From NCBI GenBank assembly GCA_002104905.1, contig MCFE01000310.1, forward strand, positions 1 to 64,000: 64,000 bases of DNA, given 5' to 3'. The position numbers were made by a program, and so were the translations under genes. Under the pieces are notes generated by a model that worked only from the letters and a program-made list of their open reading frames with translations, was not told where the DNA came from and searched no databases. Positions 11,541 through 24,600 of this stretch are shown here, piece by piece; the first letter of the stretch is position 1, and every line of letters starts with the position of its first letter. Source of the DNA: Basidiobolus meristosporus CBS 931.73 (Eukaryota > Fungi > Basidiobolomycota).

Positions 11541-13887
11541 ATGGAGGTGTTGAGAGGGACTTTGGACAGCCAGCTGCCGCTGATCGAGAAGGCCATCGAA
11601 GAGGCTGACTTTCTGTCTTTTGACGCCGAATTTTCAGGTGCGTAAATCATCTGCGCTAACAAGAGGCATTGGTTGAATACCTCCGGCGTGAAGGGATCTT
11701 TATACAGTCGAGCTTCATATACCACGGTGCCTGTCTTAATGCATTTTAGAATTCATTTCATATATGTTTAGGTTTGCACAATAGCTTATCGCTTCGTAGT
11801 CATCCTTTGGACGACCTGCAAACGCGTTACGAAAAGTACCGAAAGAATGCCCAAGAATTTCTGGTTGTGCAATTTGGCTTGACTTGCTTCAAGTGGAGTG
11901 GTGAAGACGACAAAGGCTTTCTTGCAAAGCCGTTCAATTTCTATGTGTTTCCAACCACCACGTCCGGGAGGGCCCAACTTGATCGTGTTTTTGTTTCACA
12001 AAGTTCCGGCCTAGATTTCCTTGCCAAGCACGGTTTTGATTTCAACAAATGGGTGTATCAAGGTGAAAAATCCCTTCATTCAATTCCGCTTTGCTCGTTC
12101 GAGGCATGCTTATATGCACATCAACTCACATTGATTCAGGTATTCCATACATGACGGTGCAGGAAGAGAAAATATATGTGGAGAAGAAGATGCGCGAGCT
12201 AAATGGGAATATGCCTGATGTGCAAGTGGATGAAAATTGCCAAGCTTTTGTCAACGAACTCTGGTAATACTTGAGTTAACTGACAAGTTGAGCGGTGTAT
12301 TTCATGCTTACCCAACGTTTACCAACTAGTCAAAATATCGATGATTGGCTGACTATTGGACAGGAAAACTATCTTAACATCGATGTCAGTAACGGTTACC
12401 GACGACGTTTAGTGTATCAAGAAGTTCGTAACCGGTAACACATCGTTTTCAGCATTCGCACCGCACATGTTCCTGGTCTAATTCTTATTTTGCCCTCTCA
12501 GCTATGGACCCGAGCTGGTTGCTGAAGGCCGCCAAGGCTTCATCAAGATCAGCAAGACTTCTGATGAAAGTCGAACCAAGCTGAAAGAAGAAAAAATCAA
12601 ATTGTTCGAGGTAATTTTATCCCTGACAACGAGTTACCGCTCTCTTCTGACATTACTTTGTAGCACGATGTGCAAAGAGCTATTGGATTTCGTAAAATCA
12701 TCGATTTGATATGCAGATCAAAGAAGCCCATCATCGGCCACAATATGTTTCTGGATTTGTGCATGATATACGAACAGTTTTTTGAACCATTGCCCGAACG
12801 ATTCGAAGATTTCCAGAGAAAAATCCATGAGATATTCCCCAGGTAGATTACTCAAAGCTAACGTCTTCCCTATCAGAACACTGGATTTAACCTTGATGTA
12901 TTAAGCTTATACGATACAAAGCATCTAGCCTCTCGGATTTTGGGATTGGAGGTAGTCACCATAACACTTTAGTTGAATCCTTCGCTCACCACTAACCCGT
13001 TTGGTCAGACTTCCTTTGGCGACTCCAGCCTTAGTGAGCTTATCTCACGTGTTAAGGGAGCCGCCTTCGCCTCTCCCGACATTCGTAAGTGGAACTTGGT
13101 GTTCACGAAGGCCGACAATTCTAACACCTTAAACGATAGAAATACATTACGAACATCCTCGTTATTGGTCTGATTCGTATTTCCATGAAGCTGGCTATGA
13201 TGCTTATTGCACTGGCTTCGTATTCCTTAAACTTGGCGGATATCTTGGTTAGTGTACGCTAAGGCGACCTCGGTGTACAGTTGTCTGACAAGATACTCTA
13301 CCATTAGGTAAAAAATCCTTGCCGACCTCAAAAGAGAAGCAAAAAGTAGAACATTCATCGGAATACGTTTACGATTATGAGAGCATGTCATCGGTTGAAG
13401 ACAGTAACTGGGATTATGCTACTGGCCGCGAAATAACACCTGCAACCGTATCCCCACCACCATTCGAGATCTTCAAAATTCCAGAGATAACAAAGGAAAA
13501 GAACAGGCTTCATTTGGTCAAGTCAGATGTTGATTCATTCAGTTTAGAAGAGCCCAACGGTAAGGCAGTTTCTTTCACTGAGCATTAGCAATCCACCCTA
13601 ACCTAAACACCCCCGACTTAGTCATGTCTCTTGAGAAACCCAATGTATTCTATGTCAAAATCGTGGAACCAGCGCCAACCAAATTTTCGCCCAAGCTACT
13701 TACGCAACACCTTTACAAAACATACGGCAATGTATTTATTTACTCTCTTAAGGAAAATCAGTGCTTCCTCACTTTCAAAAATGTAGTTGATCTTGAGGAT
13801 GTCAAGGGTCTGCTCAATAGTACGCCTGGCTTGAAAGTGGAGATGATGAGCTACAAAAATTATGTTGATAATAAAGCTGTACTTTAA
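11541..13887 (+). CDS. PARN: Poly(A)-specific ribonuclease (CAF1/DEDD family with R3H-like insert), multi-exon
   Basis: MEVLRGTLDSQLPLIEKAIEEADFLSFDAEFSG, VVQFGLTCF, KPFNFYVFP, SSGLDFLAKHGFDFNKW, GHNMFLD, YDTKHL, HEAGYDAYCTG. Confidence 0.9.
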
Positions 13888-14065
13888 TACCACAGATGCT
13901 CATTTTCATAGAAGGTACCGTTAATGATCGACCGAAATTCCAATTAAGGAATCACGTTCGCTTAAATAAATATATATAAACTCCGAGTATATTGGTGATC
14001 CACAAGTGTGTTGGTGAAATATTTCATTCAGTTTTATTAACAAGTTACTCTATTTCAAGGAAAAT

Positions 14066-14444
14066 TTACAAAGTGTTGACGTTGCCGAGAGATTGGCAAG
14101 ATTGTTGGACACGCTTGATCATGGTCTTCTCAGACTCACGGATGAAGACACGAGGATCGTAGTACTTCTTGTTAGGCTTGTCGGCTCCCTCGGGGTTGCC
14201 AATTTGGCCTTGGAGGTATCCCTTGTTCTTCTCGTAGAAGTTCTTGAGACCTTCCCAGTAAGCCCATTGGGTGTCGGTATCGACGTTCATCTTGACAACA
14301 CCGTGGGAGACAGCGGTCTTGATTTCATCCTCAGTGGAGCCGGATCCTCCGTGGAAGACGAAGTAGACAGGCTTGTCAGACTCGCACTTCAATTGCTCCT
14401 TGACGAAGGCTTGGTGGACACCCAAAAGCTCAGGCTTGAGGACA

Positions 14445-14483
<39 letters not shown>

Positions 14484-15143
14484 GCAGCGGCAATAGTGAA
14501 CATGTCGGTGATGGTGGAGAAGTTGCGGTAGACATCCCAGATATCCTCGGGGGAGGTGAAGAGGGAGTCCTTGTCGACGTTGGAGTTGTCAACACCATCT
14601 TCCTCACCACCGGTGATACCGATCTCCATCTCCAAGAGACAGCCCATGGGGGCCATACGCTTCAAGTAGCTCATGCAGATCTCAATGTTCTCCTCCTTGG
14701 GCTCCTCGGAGAGGATCCAACATGTGGGAAGAGAAGAGGGGCTCGCCGTGTTGCTTGAAGTAAGCCTCATCAGCTTGGATCATACCCTCGAACCAAGGAA
14801 GGAGCTTCTTGGCGCAATGGTCGGAGTGGAGGACAACGGGGATTCCGTATTCCTTGGCAACGGCACGGACGTGGTGGGCACCAGCGATGGCTCCGAGGAT
14901 GCTGGCCTTTTGGCCCTCGTTGGAGATACCCTTACCGGCGTAGTAGGCGGCACCACCGTTGGAGAATTGAACAATGATGGGGCACTTCAAGTCACGAGCA
15001 GCCTCAAGACAGGCGTTGATGGTGCTGGAGGAGGTACAGTTGACAGCGGGGATGGCGAACTTGTTCTCGCGAGCGTAGTTGAAAAGCTTTCTAAGGTTGT
15101 CACCAGTGACAACACCAGCGGGAACGATATCAAGAAGACCCAT
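14066..15143 (-). pseudogene. FBA1: Fructose-bisphosphate aldolase class II, copy A, +1 frameshift (extra G at 14713-14714); pseudogene or assembly error
   Basis: Span is 1078 nt versus 1077 for the intact copy C. Sequence reads gagGatcc where copies B and C read gagatcc. Otherwise near-identical. Confidence 0.8.
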
Positions 15144-15740
15144 ATTTAATTACAAAAGTGAATACTTTGTGAAGAATAAATTTCGCGATTGACACCTCAT
15201 TTATATTAGCGTTCCTCTGTACCGAGTAACAATTGTCAACTTGAGCTGATGCTGAAGATAGTCCTATTCTGGTTGATACCCGATTTATTTGCTGATAACC
15301 TGCATTTGCCTACGCTTCGTCATTAAGATCATCCCATTTGATAGCATTATACCTGGGCCAAATCTCAAACTGTTTTCCCACTTGTCTAGCCTTTGAAAAT
15401 ATATGGAAATTGGCTATTCATGCTGTGTTTATTATAAATAATATCAAGGCGATAGTGGCCATCATCTGGATACTTTGGGATACTTTTTGGGAGAACCCGG
15501 AAACAAGTAGCCAACCTGATCCAATCACTGTACCGTACGCTATAGAAATGCTAAGAAGGAAATTCTTTCTAATAGAAAAAAATATGACCATTACATTGCT
15601 ACGTGGTTGATTCAAGCGTCATACCACGTCGTTCATAATCAGCTATAGTGGTTTGAGCAGGTTTAAAATGTAACAGAAGAAAAGATAGGACATAATAGTC
15701 TTTTATTATTCTAAGTGGTTAAGACTAAACGATTGGAAAT

Positions 15741-16119
15741 TTACAAAGTGTTAACGTTGCCGAGAGATTGGCAAGATTGTTGGACACGCTTGATCATGGT
15801 CTTCTCAGACTCACGGATGAAGACACGAGGATCGTAGTACTTCTTGTTAGGCTTGTCGGCTCCCTCGGGGTTGCCAATTTGGCCTTGGAGGTATCCCTTG
15901 TTCTTCTCGTAGAAGTTCTTGAGACCTTCCCAGTAAGCCCATTGGGTGTCGGTATCGACGTTCATCTTGACAACACCGTGGGAGACGGCGGTCTTGATCT
16001 CATCCTCAGTGGAGCCGGATCCTCCGTGGAAGACGAAGTAGACAGGCTTGTCAGACTCGCACTTCAATTGCTCCTTGACGAAGGCTTGGTGGACACCCAA
16101 AAGCTCAGGCTTGAGGACA

Positions 16120-16158
<39 letters not shown>

Positions 16159-16816
16159 GCAGCGGCAATGGTGAACATGTCGGTGATGGTGGAGAAGTTG
16201 CGGTAGACATCCCAGATATCCTCGGGGGAGGTGAAGAGGGAGTCCTTGTCGACGTTGGAGTTGTCAACACCATCTTCCTCACCACCGGTGATACCGATCT
16301 CCATCTCCAAGAGACAGCCCATGGGGGCCATACGCTTCAAGTAGCTCATACAGATCTCAATGTTCTCCTCCTTGGGCTCCTCGGAGAGATCCAACATGTG
16401 GGAAGAGAAGAGGGGCTCGCCGTGTTGCTTGAAGTAAGCCTCATCAGCTTGGATCATACCCTCGAACCAAGGAAGGAGCTTCTTGGCGCAATGGTCGGAG
16501 TGGAGGACAACGGGGATTCCGTATTCCTTGGCAACGGCACGGACGTGGTGGGCACCAGCGATGGCTCCGAGGATGCTGGCCTTTTGGCCCTCGTTGGAGA
16601 TACCCTTACCGGCGTAGTAGGCGGCACCACCGTTGGAGAATTGAACAATGATGGGGCACTTCAAGTCACGAGCAGCCTCGAGACAGCGTTGATGGTGCTG
16701 GAGGAGGTACAGTTGACTGCGGGGATGGCGAACTTGTTCTCGCGAGCGTAGTTGAAAAGCTTTCTAAGGTTGTCACCAGTGACAACACCAGCAGGAACGA
16801 TATCAAGAAGACCCAT
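15741..16816 (-). pseudogene. FBA1: Fructose-bisphosphate aldolase class II, copy B, -1 frameshift (missing G at 16686); pseudogene or assembly error
   Basis: Span is 1076 nt. Sequence reads gacagcg where copies A and C read gacaggcg. ATG at 16816. Confidence 0.8.
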
Positions 16817-17320
16817 GTTTAATTAATACAACAATAAAATTTGTTGTCTATTTCGACGTCTCTGATCAGTATTTTATACCTGATCGACATTTTTACTGTG
16901 GGTCTAAGGCCTTGTCTAGGCATCGGATTAGATTATAAAGGATAATTCGCGAAATCCAGATTGTCGCATTGTTATTATCTTGGTAATTTAGGATTTGCTC
17001 CTGCCCCAGGTAATAACATATTTGGTAATGAATTATGAATCTCGAATCTTAATGACATGGTGAAGTCGGATTGAGGATTCCGTAGTTGGAGTAATTAGAT
17101 TGATTACACTTTCCTTAACCGCTAACTCGGCAAATACCAATGGATGAATTTATGTTAGAATTGGCGTGTCCCTAGTCCATGGATGGTTCGCCAGAATCCT
17201 GATTTCCATATATGGGCACTGTTTATATTTCATAGACCTTAGCATAGATCTGAGTATTGTTTTTACAGCATTTTATTTGTAGGTTCGTATGAATTTAGTT
17301 GCTATTTCCTGTTAGTAAAT

Positions 17321-17699
17321 TTACAAAGTGTTGACGTTGCCGAGAGATTGGCAAGATTGTTGGACACGCTTGATCATGGTCTTCTCAGACTCACGGATGA
17401 AGACACGAGGATCGTAGTACTTCTTGTTGGGCTTGTCGGCTCCCTCGGGGTTGCCAATTTGGCCTTGGAGGTATCCCTTGTTCTTCTCGTAGAAGTTCTT
17501 GAGACCTTCCCAGTAAGCCCATTGGGTGTCGGTATCGACGTTCATCTTGACAACACCGTGGGAGACGGCGGTCTTGATCTCATCCTCAGTGGAGCCAGAT
17601 CCTCCGTGGAAGACGAAGTAGACAGGCTTGTCAGACTCGCACTTCAATTGCTCCTTGACGAAGGCTTGGTGGACACCCAAAATCTCGGGCTTGAGGACA

Positions 17700-17738
<39 letters not shown>

Positions 17739-18397
17739 GCAGCGGCAATGGTGAACATGTCGGTGATGGTGGAGAAGTTACGGTAGACATCCCAGATATC
17801 CTCGGGGGAGGTGAAGAGGGAGTCCTTGTCGACGTTGGAGTTGTCAACACCATCTTCCTCACCACCGGTGATACCGATCTCCATCTCCAAGAGACAGCCC
17901 ATGGGGGCCATACGCTTCAAGTAGCTCATACAGATCTCAATGTTCTCCTCCTTGGGCTCCTCGGAGAGATCCAACATGTGGGAAGAGAAGAGGGGCTCGC
18001 CGTGTTGCTTGAAGTAAGCCTCATCAGCTTGGATCATACCCTCGAACCAAGGAAGGAGCTTCTTGGCGCAATGGTCGGAGTGGAGGACAACGGGGATTCC
18101 GTATTCCTTGGCAACGGCACGGACGTGGTGGGCACCAGCGATGGCTCCGAGGATGCTGGCCTTTTGGCCCTCGTTGGAGATACCCTTACCGGCGTAGTAG
18201 GCGGCACCACCGTTGGAGAATTGAACAATGATGGGGCACTTCAAGTCACGAGCAGCCTCGAGACAGGCGTTGATGGTGCTGGAGGAGGTACAGTTGACTG
18301 CGGGGATGGCGAACTTGTTCTCGCGAGCGTAGTTGAAAAGCTTTCTAAGGTTGTCACCAGTGACAACACCAGCAGGAACGATATCAAGAAGACCCAT
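17321..18397 (-). CDS. FBA1: Fructose-bisphosphate aldolase class II, copy C, intact, intronless, 358 aa
   Basis: HSDHC, GNVHGVYKPG, FHGGSG, KMNVDTD and NKKYYDPR motifs of the yeast-type class IIA aldolase. Confidence 0.97.
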
Positions 18398-18744
18398 ATT
18401 GAATTGAATTAAATAATAACAACTTGAATTTTCAGCTCATTCGATATGGAGTCTTTATATGACTCCACTGAACGATCTGGGCCTTGCGTTCTGGCGGTGA
18501 TTATGTCAAATAAAATCCAGAAACTCTACAGATTGATGCAACATGATAAGATTCATAAGCACGCTCAATTTAGAAATCAAGCTCCACCGTCGAAGTCGAA
18601 ATAATTTGGAAGAAGGGATATGATTACCAAGAAATTGGATGGAGATTTACTTTTGTGTATTGGCGCGATGGTCTAGCGCATTGCGTTTAACATACCCTGA
18701 CTAGAACCATGTGTGTAACAATGAAATAATGGGCGAACGAAAGA

Positions 18745-18850
18745 TTTATCCAATCTGTTACATCTAGCATGGTTTATCCAAAATATCAGATCAACAACAT
18801 CTAGCATGGTTTATCCAATCTGTTTAATCTCGCATGGTTTTTGCAAACAG
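18745..18850 (+). repeat. Imperfect direct repeats; 22-bp ACATCTAGCATGGTTTATCCAA at 18760-18781 and 18797-18818 plus degenerate copies
   Basis: Read directly. Lies upstream of FBA copy C. Confidence 0.75.
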
Positions 18851-19167
18851 ATTGCAGATTAATGATTGGATTGAAATGGATGTTTCCAATCCGTGAAATC
18901 TTGATTAGGTATCAGTCTTGCTTATCTAGGTAACCTTCGTAGCTCCCTCTCGGATCGGATGTTTGATTTTGTGAAAAGAAGGAGAGTTGCACATGCACTT
19001 ACCTTTAATAGAACATGTGGATGTGTACTTCTCGAAATGTTAATGTTATTAATTCACTTCAACAACAACAACAACGATGAATATTAGGAATACATAAAAG
19101 GGCAATGGGTTTATATATGGATGCTTTGAGTGGTGCTTTTCTTGACAGAATTAAGGGCGAGTATAGC

Positions 19168-22100
19168 TTAGTCTAACTTGGACTTTTGAGGGGGGCTAAT
19201 GTAGGTGCGGCTCACAAATTTGAGAACCTCATCAATAACGATGATCGGGAACGAAATCCAAAGGACCGCCTGCCATTCCTCCCAGTTAAGAGCAGTGATG
19301 GAGAACAAAGAGGTAAAGAATGGCACGTAGAGAATCATCATGTGGAGAACCATAGAGATGATAATAGCGACAACAAGATACATGTTGCGCCAGAGAGGCA
19401 TGGTGAAAATAGATTGGTTCTCACTGAGACTGTTGACAGCGTTGAACATCTCAATGGTAACCAAGATGGATAGACTGACGGTGGTGGCGCGGTGCGACAT
19501 GATATTGGTGAACATGCTACATCCAAGTTCTGGGAACAACTCACTGCATTGATGGAAGTGAGTTAATTGATGGAAGGTGATTTGTGGGCCGCCTGCATAG
19601 AACATGAACCACCAAGCATAACCAAATACTGTGGCGCAACCAACATAGATACCAATAACCATGTAACGGAAGAACAACCAACCACCAACGATAGGCTCAC
19701 GGCCGTTTCTTGGGGGTTGCTGCATGATGTCGTGATCGGGTGGGTTGAAACCAAGAGCGGTTGCGGGCAATCCGTCGGTTACCAAATTCACCCACAACAA
19801 TTGCACAGGAATCAATGCTTCGGGCATTCCAAGAACAACAGTGAGGAAAATACTGACAACCTCACCAATGTTGGAACTGATCAGGTAACGAATGAATTGT
19901 TTCACATTGTTGTAGATGGCACGTCCCTCCTCCACAGCCTTCTCGATGGTAGCAAAGTTATCATCAGCAAGGACCATGTCAGCAGCAAGCTTGGCAACAT
20001 CGGTACCAGTTCCCATTGCCACACCAATATCAGCCTTCTTCAAAGCAGGAGCATCGTTAACACCATCACCAGTCATAGCAACCACATGGCCAGCAGCCTG
20101 CAACAGATCTACGAGGGCGCTCTTGTGGGTAGGTTCAGTTCTTGAGAATAGGTTGGCGCGAAGTACAGCATTCTTCTGCTCCTGAGGGGAGAGGTCGTCA
20201 AACTCGCGTCCAGTATAGGACTTTCCGGTCAAATCCTCATCCTCGCCAAATACTCCGATCTTACGGCAAATGGCTTCGGCAGTGTTCTTGTTGTCACCAG
20301 TGATCACGATAACGCGGATACCAGCAGTCTTGCACTTCATGATTGCATCACGTACTTCGGGGCGGGGGGGATCGATCATACCAACCATTCCAATAAAGGT
20401 CATGTTTTGTTCATATTCGATAAACTTGGTGGGGTCCCTCAAATTCCATTGTGATAGGTCATCGGATAAACCACTCACCGTGGCTAAGCCAAGGCATCTC
20501 AAGCTCATTTTGCCGCCATATTCATACATCTTGCGGAGGATGTTTTCGCGGATTTGTGGAGTCAGCTCGACTTCGGCTCCAGAGGAACCAAGGCGAACAC
20601 GGGTGCATCTCTCCAACACAGACTCAGTAGCTCCCTTAACATAAAGACAGGCTTGGTTTTCGGGGGTGCGGCCGGTCACAGTGACAAGCACAGACATGGA
20701 TTTGCGATCTCTGGAGAACTCAAATGTAGCCAAACGACGGGATTTTCTCTCGATGTGTTCGTTGCAGGCAGCGACACGATCAGCCTTCGACATCTGTCCC
20801 AACTTTTCGAACAAACCCGAGTCGGCGGTACCCAACTTTTCAACCAGAACTTTCATGGCCGCCTCGGTGGGTTCACCAATGTTGGTATAATGGTTGGTAT
20901 TCTTATCATATGAAATCTTGGAATCGTTACAGAGTGCGCAAATCTCAGTGAGCTCACTAACAACAGGGGATGCTCCGGCCAAATTGTTTACAACCTCTCC
21001 AGAGGCAGTTTTGACGGATCCTTCGGGAGCATAGCTGGTGCCATCAACATGGTATTCGGAAACATCGCCATGTTCGTTATTAATAACCAAGACTCTTTGT
21101 ACTGACATTTGGTTGGTGGTAAGGGTACCGGTTTTATCAGAGCAGATGACACTAGTACAGCCCAAAGTTTCGACAGAGGGGAGGGAACGCACGATAGCGT
21201 TCTTTTTGGCCATCTTCTTAGTACCCAGGGCTAAACAGGTGGTGATAATGACTGCGAGACCTTCTGGAATGGCGGCCACGGCCAATGCCACGGCAATCTT
21301 GAAGTAGTACACGGCGCCCTTGAGCCAACCATTGTGCGAGGGATCGTTGAAATGACGGATGTTGACGAGCCAGACCAAAATACAGATTACGGAGATAACC
21401 TTCGCCAAGGAATCACCGAAATCGTCCAACTTCTTCTTCAAAGGAGTCTTCTCGGAAATCTGAGAACTGATGCTTTGATGGATATCACCAATAGCAGTCT
21501 TGGATCCGGTTTGAACGACAACGGCTCTAGCTTTACCCAAAACCACGGTAGTGCCAGAGAACATAATGTTGACCTGGTCTTGCTTGACGGCTCTAGCATC
21601 TTGGATTGGCTCGATCTGCTTGTTGACACTGACGGATTCACCGGTGAGGATGGCTTGGTCGATACGAATAGAGCTGGAAATGAGTTCTAGTACACGGCAA
21701 TCGGCAGGAATCTTGTCACCAACGGAGACGTTGATGATATCACCGGGAACAAGCTCAACTGCGTTGATTTTCTGGACTTTACCATCACGTAAAACATGGG
21801 CTTCATCTGGGGAATACTCTTTCAAGGCCTCAATGGCCTTCTCTGCGTTCGATTCTTGGATAACACCCACTGTAGCGTTTGCGATAAGAATAAGCAAAAT
21901 GACCATAGGCTCGACAAAAGCGGTCCCAGACTCGTCTTTGTCATCCTCCAGGAAGGCCAAAACAAATGATATAGCGGCGGCGATCAACAGAATAACTACC
22001 AGTTGATCTTTGAATTGCTCAAGGATTAATTCCCATAAAGGGGTCGACTCCTCCTGGGGTAATTCATTTTTTCCATATTTCTTGAGCAGGACGTTGGCCT

Positions 22101-22185
22101 CTTCCGTGCTCAAACCTTGACTAGGTTTCACCGAGAAGCTGCTTAGGACCTCCTCGGGAGTCTTCACGAAACTATCATCCATCAC
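19168..22185 (-). CDS. SERCA-type (P2A) Ca2+-transporting P-type ATPase, intronless, about 1005 aa
   Basis: LTGES, AAIPEGL, phosphorylation site [53 protein letters not shown]. The SERCA-specific EQFKDQLV and [13 protein letters not shown] are present. Confidence 0.97.
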   Translation of the reverse strand: MMDDSFVKTPEEVLSSFSVKPSQGLSTEEANVLLKKYGKNELPQEESTPLWELILEQFKDQLVVILLIAAAISFVLAFLEDDKDESGTAFVEPMVILLILIANATVGVIQESNAEKAIEALKEYSPDEAHVLRDGKVQKINAVELVPGDIINVSVGDKIPADCRVLELISSSIRIDQAILTGESVSVNKQIEPIQDARAVKQDQVNIMFSGTTVVLGKARAVVVQTGSKTAIGDIHQSISSQISEKTPLKKKLDDFGDSLAKVISVICILVWLVNIRHFNDPSHNGWLKGAVYYFKIAVALAVAAIPEGLAVIITTCLALGTKKMAKKNAIVRSLPSVETLGCTSVICSDKTGTLTTNQMSVQRVLVINNEHGDVSEYHVDGTSYAPEGSVKTASGEVVNNLAGASPVVSELTEICALCNDSKISYDKNTNHYTNIGEPTEAAMKVLVEKLGTADSGLFEKLGQMSKADRVAACNEHIERKSRRLATFEFSRDRKSMSVLVTVTGRTPENQACLYVKGATESVLERCTRVRLGSSGAEVELTPQIRENILRKMYEYGGKMSLRCLGLATVSGLSDDLSQWNLRDPTKFIEYEQNMTFIGMVGMIDPPRPEVRDAIMKCKTAGIRVIVITGDNKNTAEAICRKIGVFGEDEDLTGKSYTGREFDDLSPQEQKNAVLRANLFSRTEPTHKSALVDLLQAAGHVVAMTGDGVNDAPALKKADIGVAMGTGTDVAKLAADMVLADDNFATIEKAVEEGRAIYNNVKQFIRYLISSNIGEVVSIFLTVVLGMPEALIPVQLLWVNLVTDGLPATALGFNPPDHDIMQQPPRNGREPIVGGWLFFRYMVIGIYVGCATVFGYAWWFMFYAGGPQITFHQLTHFHQCSELFPELGCSMFTNIMSHRATTVSLSILVTIEMFNAVNSLSENQSIFTMPLWRNMYLVVAIIISMVLHMMILYVPFFTSLFSITALNWEEWQAVLWISFPIIVIDEVLKFVSRTYISPPQKSKLD

Positions 22186-22970
22186 GGGGATTGATGAAGG
22201 GTGGATGGAAAGACAAGAGGGATAACAAAGAAAATCAAACTATTCCCCGAATTGGAGGGCAATTTAAATGGCTCTTGGCTAAAAAGAGGGGCATGGTTCG
22301 GTTGAGGAGGGGTCGCAATTTCCTGTGTAATGTTGGCACCTGAGGTGGGGCCAAAGAGAGGACAGCTGCTGCGAGATATCATGTTGGACAAATATCAGTA
22401 TCTTACAATTAATTATTGATTCATTTAACAGTTCTGATGGAATTCAAGCTCCAATCAGTTGGAACAATCTCCACGGGCTGTTGCTAGATCCAATGAAATG
22501 TCAACACAACTAATCTGTTGGGATACCCACCCTAACACAATTCTACTGGCCCAACTGACCACTCAGAGCCCCCCAGCAAATAAGTGGGTAGATTAATTAA
22601 TCTAGCAAATCAAAGCTTAGGTCTCATTCTCATTAGCCCTTCGCTTTATGCTAAGCCATTTTGGGCTGAAGATGAGTCCGAGTTGATAAGCAATGGAGGA
22701 ATACCACACAGTTGAATGGAGCCACCATGGTTGAGCATCAATCTCACATTGGCTACAGCATGATTTATTATTCTTACAAGGTGCTGAGGTGTTCGAGCAA
22801 ACATCATCTTGCGTGATAGTTTGGCATTCAAACAGGGTAAACAAGGTGGATTATCCAGGAACGAATGTACAGCTCTGTACAACATTCTAACCAGCGAAGA
22901 GGTATACACACTATCCACACCTATACACTTGCATGAGCTGCTGGGGGAAGCACATCGCATACAGCGCGGC

Positions 22971-24073
22971 CTACTCGATCAGCGTTTTTGCATCAACTGG
23001 TTGAGCGAACATTGGCGGGTTTGCTGGGGTATTGAGCATCATATGTGCCAGGGCTAAATCCAGACTAAAGTCAGAGTCAGCATCAATCTCCTCATCCTCA
23101 TCGTCGTCCTCACTTATGTAGTCATAGAGGTCATATATCGAAGCGCGATACATATCTTCTTGGGTTTTGGTGGTGAGAAATTGAAGAAGGGATTCGACGT
23201 CGTGGGGAATGATAGCTCGCCAGAATCCGATTTGCATATACTTGGAAGGAACCTAGCTTTCGAGTCCGTATTTGGATTGGGGGTTCTGTCAGAATCGGTG
23301 TATGTCTGATTTGAGCGACCGTTGAGTGTGGCAAAGGTGAGGGCTCGGATTTGATCTTTGGTTATGTTGGCCTTGGTTTTATAAGCAGAAGTGTCCAGCA
23401 CTTTTCCTCTCTGATGTTGGTGATGGCTAGATCCGGACTCTTCCACCCGTTGGGTGAATGACAGCTCATCGGCTGGGTGCTCAATATGAAAAGCGGGGAT
23501 GCTGGAACTAGCCATAATCAGGGTGGGTGCCGATATTTTTCCCTTGCTTGTCTTCCTACTCAAGAATCTTAATTGTAGTTTGTCGGATATCATTTTCATT
23601 TTGGAGTTTTTTCGTGCCAGCGTTGGTTGGGTTGAATCGCTGCGCGGCTTGTCCTCTAATATAGACTTCGATCTAGGGGAGTCAGGAGGGACTATCTCAC
23701 AGTAATTATTGTTTTTTATCAATGTCTCATCGTAGGAGACGGAGCGCATGTTCTTTGGATTTTCAAAAGAAGCAGGTCCACTGGGGGATGAGTTTGGACG
23801 ATCTTTTGGTAATTTCGAGCGGTCACGCTTGGAAAAAATTCGTTGACCGCGAATTGTATCAGCCTTGGCTTTCAACGACATTGCTCTTGCAAGAAGTTCA
23901 GCAGTATTCAGGTGAATGCTAGTAGCTCCAAGGACGACATTTATACCAAATAGAAGGAAACTAGGCTTCTCAGAATACAATGTAGTAACAATGGATCGGG
24001 TGACTTGGAAGATTCGATAACCTCTGGAACAGCAATCAAGAACGGGTCTAACCCAAATCCGATCAGTGTCCAT
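22971..24073 (-). CDS. Hypothetical Ser/Lys-rich protein with an acidic C-terminal stretch; one likely intron joins ORFs 23114-24073 and 22971-23237
   Basis: A GTATAT...CCAAG intron (about 23240 to 23160) joins RFLP to KDMYRASIYDLYDYISEDDDEDEE in frame. No family recognised; start uncertain. Confidence 0.5.
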
Positions 24074-24174
24074 TATGTATGTTTCAATTTCAAAGCTTCA
24101 AGCACGCACATGATCCCCTCCCCATCCAGCTGAGCTTCAAGTGCTCATTCTAAATCCAATTTTTTATATATGAT

Positions 24175-24228
24175 GCCATCCCTTTCGAGCTAGCCATCCC
24201 TTTCGAACTAGCCATCCCTTTCAAACAT
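24175..24228 (+). repeat. 18-bp tandem repeat x3 (GCCATCCCTTTCGARCTA)
   Basis: Units at 24175, 24193 and 24211 read directly. Confidence 0.85.
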
Positions 24229-24600
24229 GCTACCCATCATGTCTTGTAGGAGTCGTACGTCATTTAATGGGAGTCCAATGATGATATTAAATTGATGGTT
24301 TCATTCTCTACATGGTGGTCACAATACAGCCTGAGTACATCCATTCTACACTTAGTCAGAGTACATGCCACCTCTATGATAGTCTAGCCATTTGCGCTTT
24401 CCTTTGACTCGGTGCGGGAGTTACCCAACTGCTAATTCTAAATCTAATTTAAATCATTTCGAATCTATATTTATGCTCCAAACTAAACAGAATCAGGTGA
24501 CTTTTGTCATAAAGTTACTTAGAATGCTAGATATCGGTATGAGTGTTTGACTCTTATCTTTGGGCGTAAACATGTCACTGCAAACGATTTTGGTTGAAGC

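Noticed and set aside
14093-18412. Long plus-strand ORFs (221, 158, 327 and 354 aa) antisense to the FBA copies
   Set aside because: Shadow ORFs produced by the strong codon bias of a highly expressed gene. They mirror the FBA CDS limits and show no motifs.
22646-22960. 104-aa minus-strand ORF downstream of the hypothetical gene
   Set aside because: Separated by an in-frame stop, with no motif or clear splice link; not supportable as a gene.
23114-23237. Apparent frameshift between overlapping minus-strand ORFs 23114-24073 and 22971-23237
   Set aside because: A GT-AG intron of ordinary size joins them in frame.
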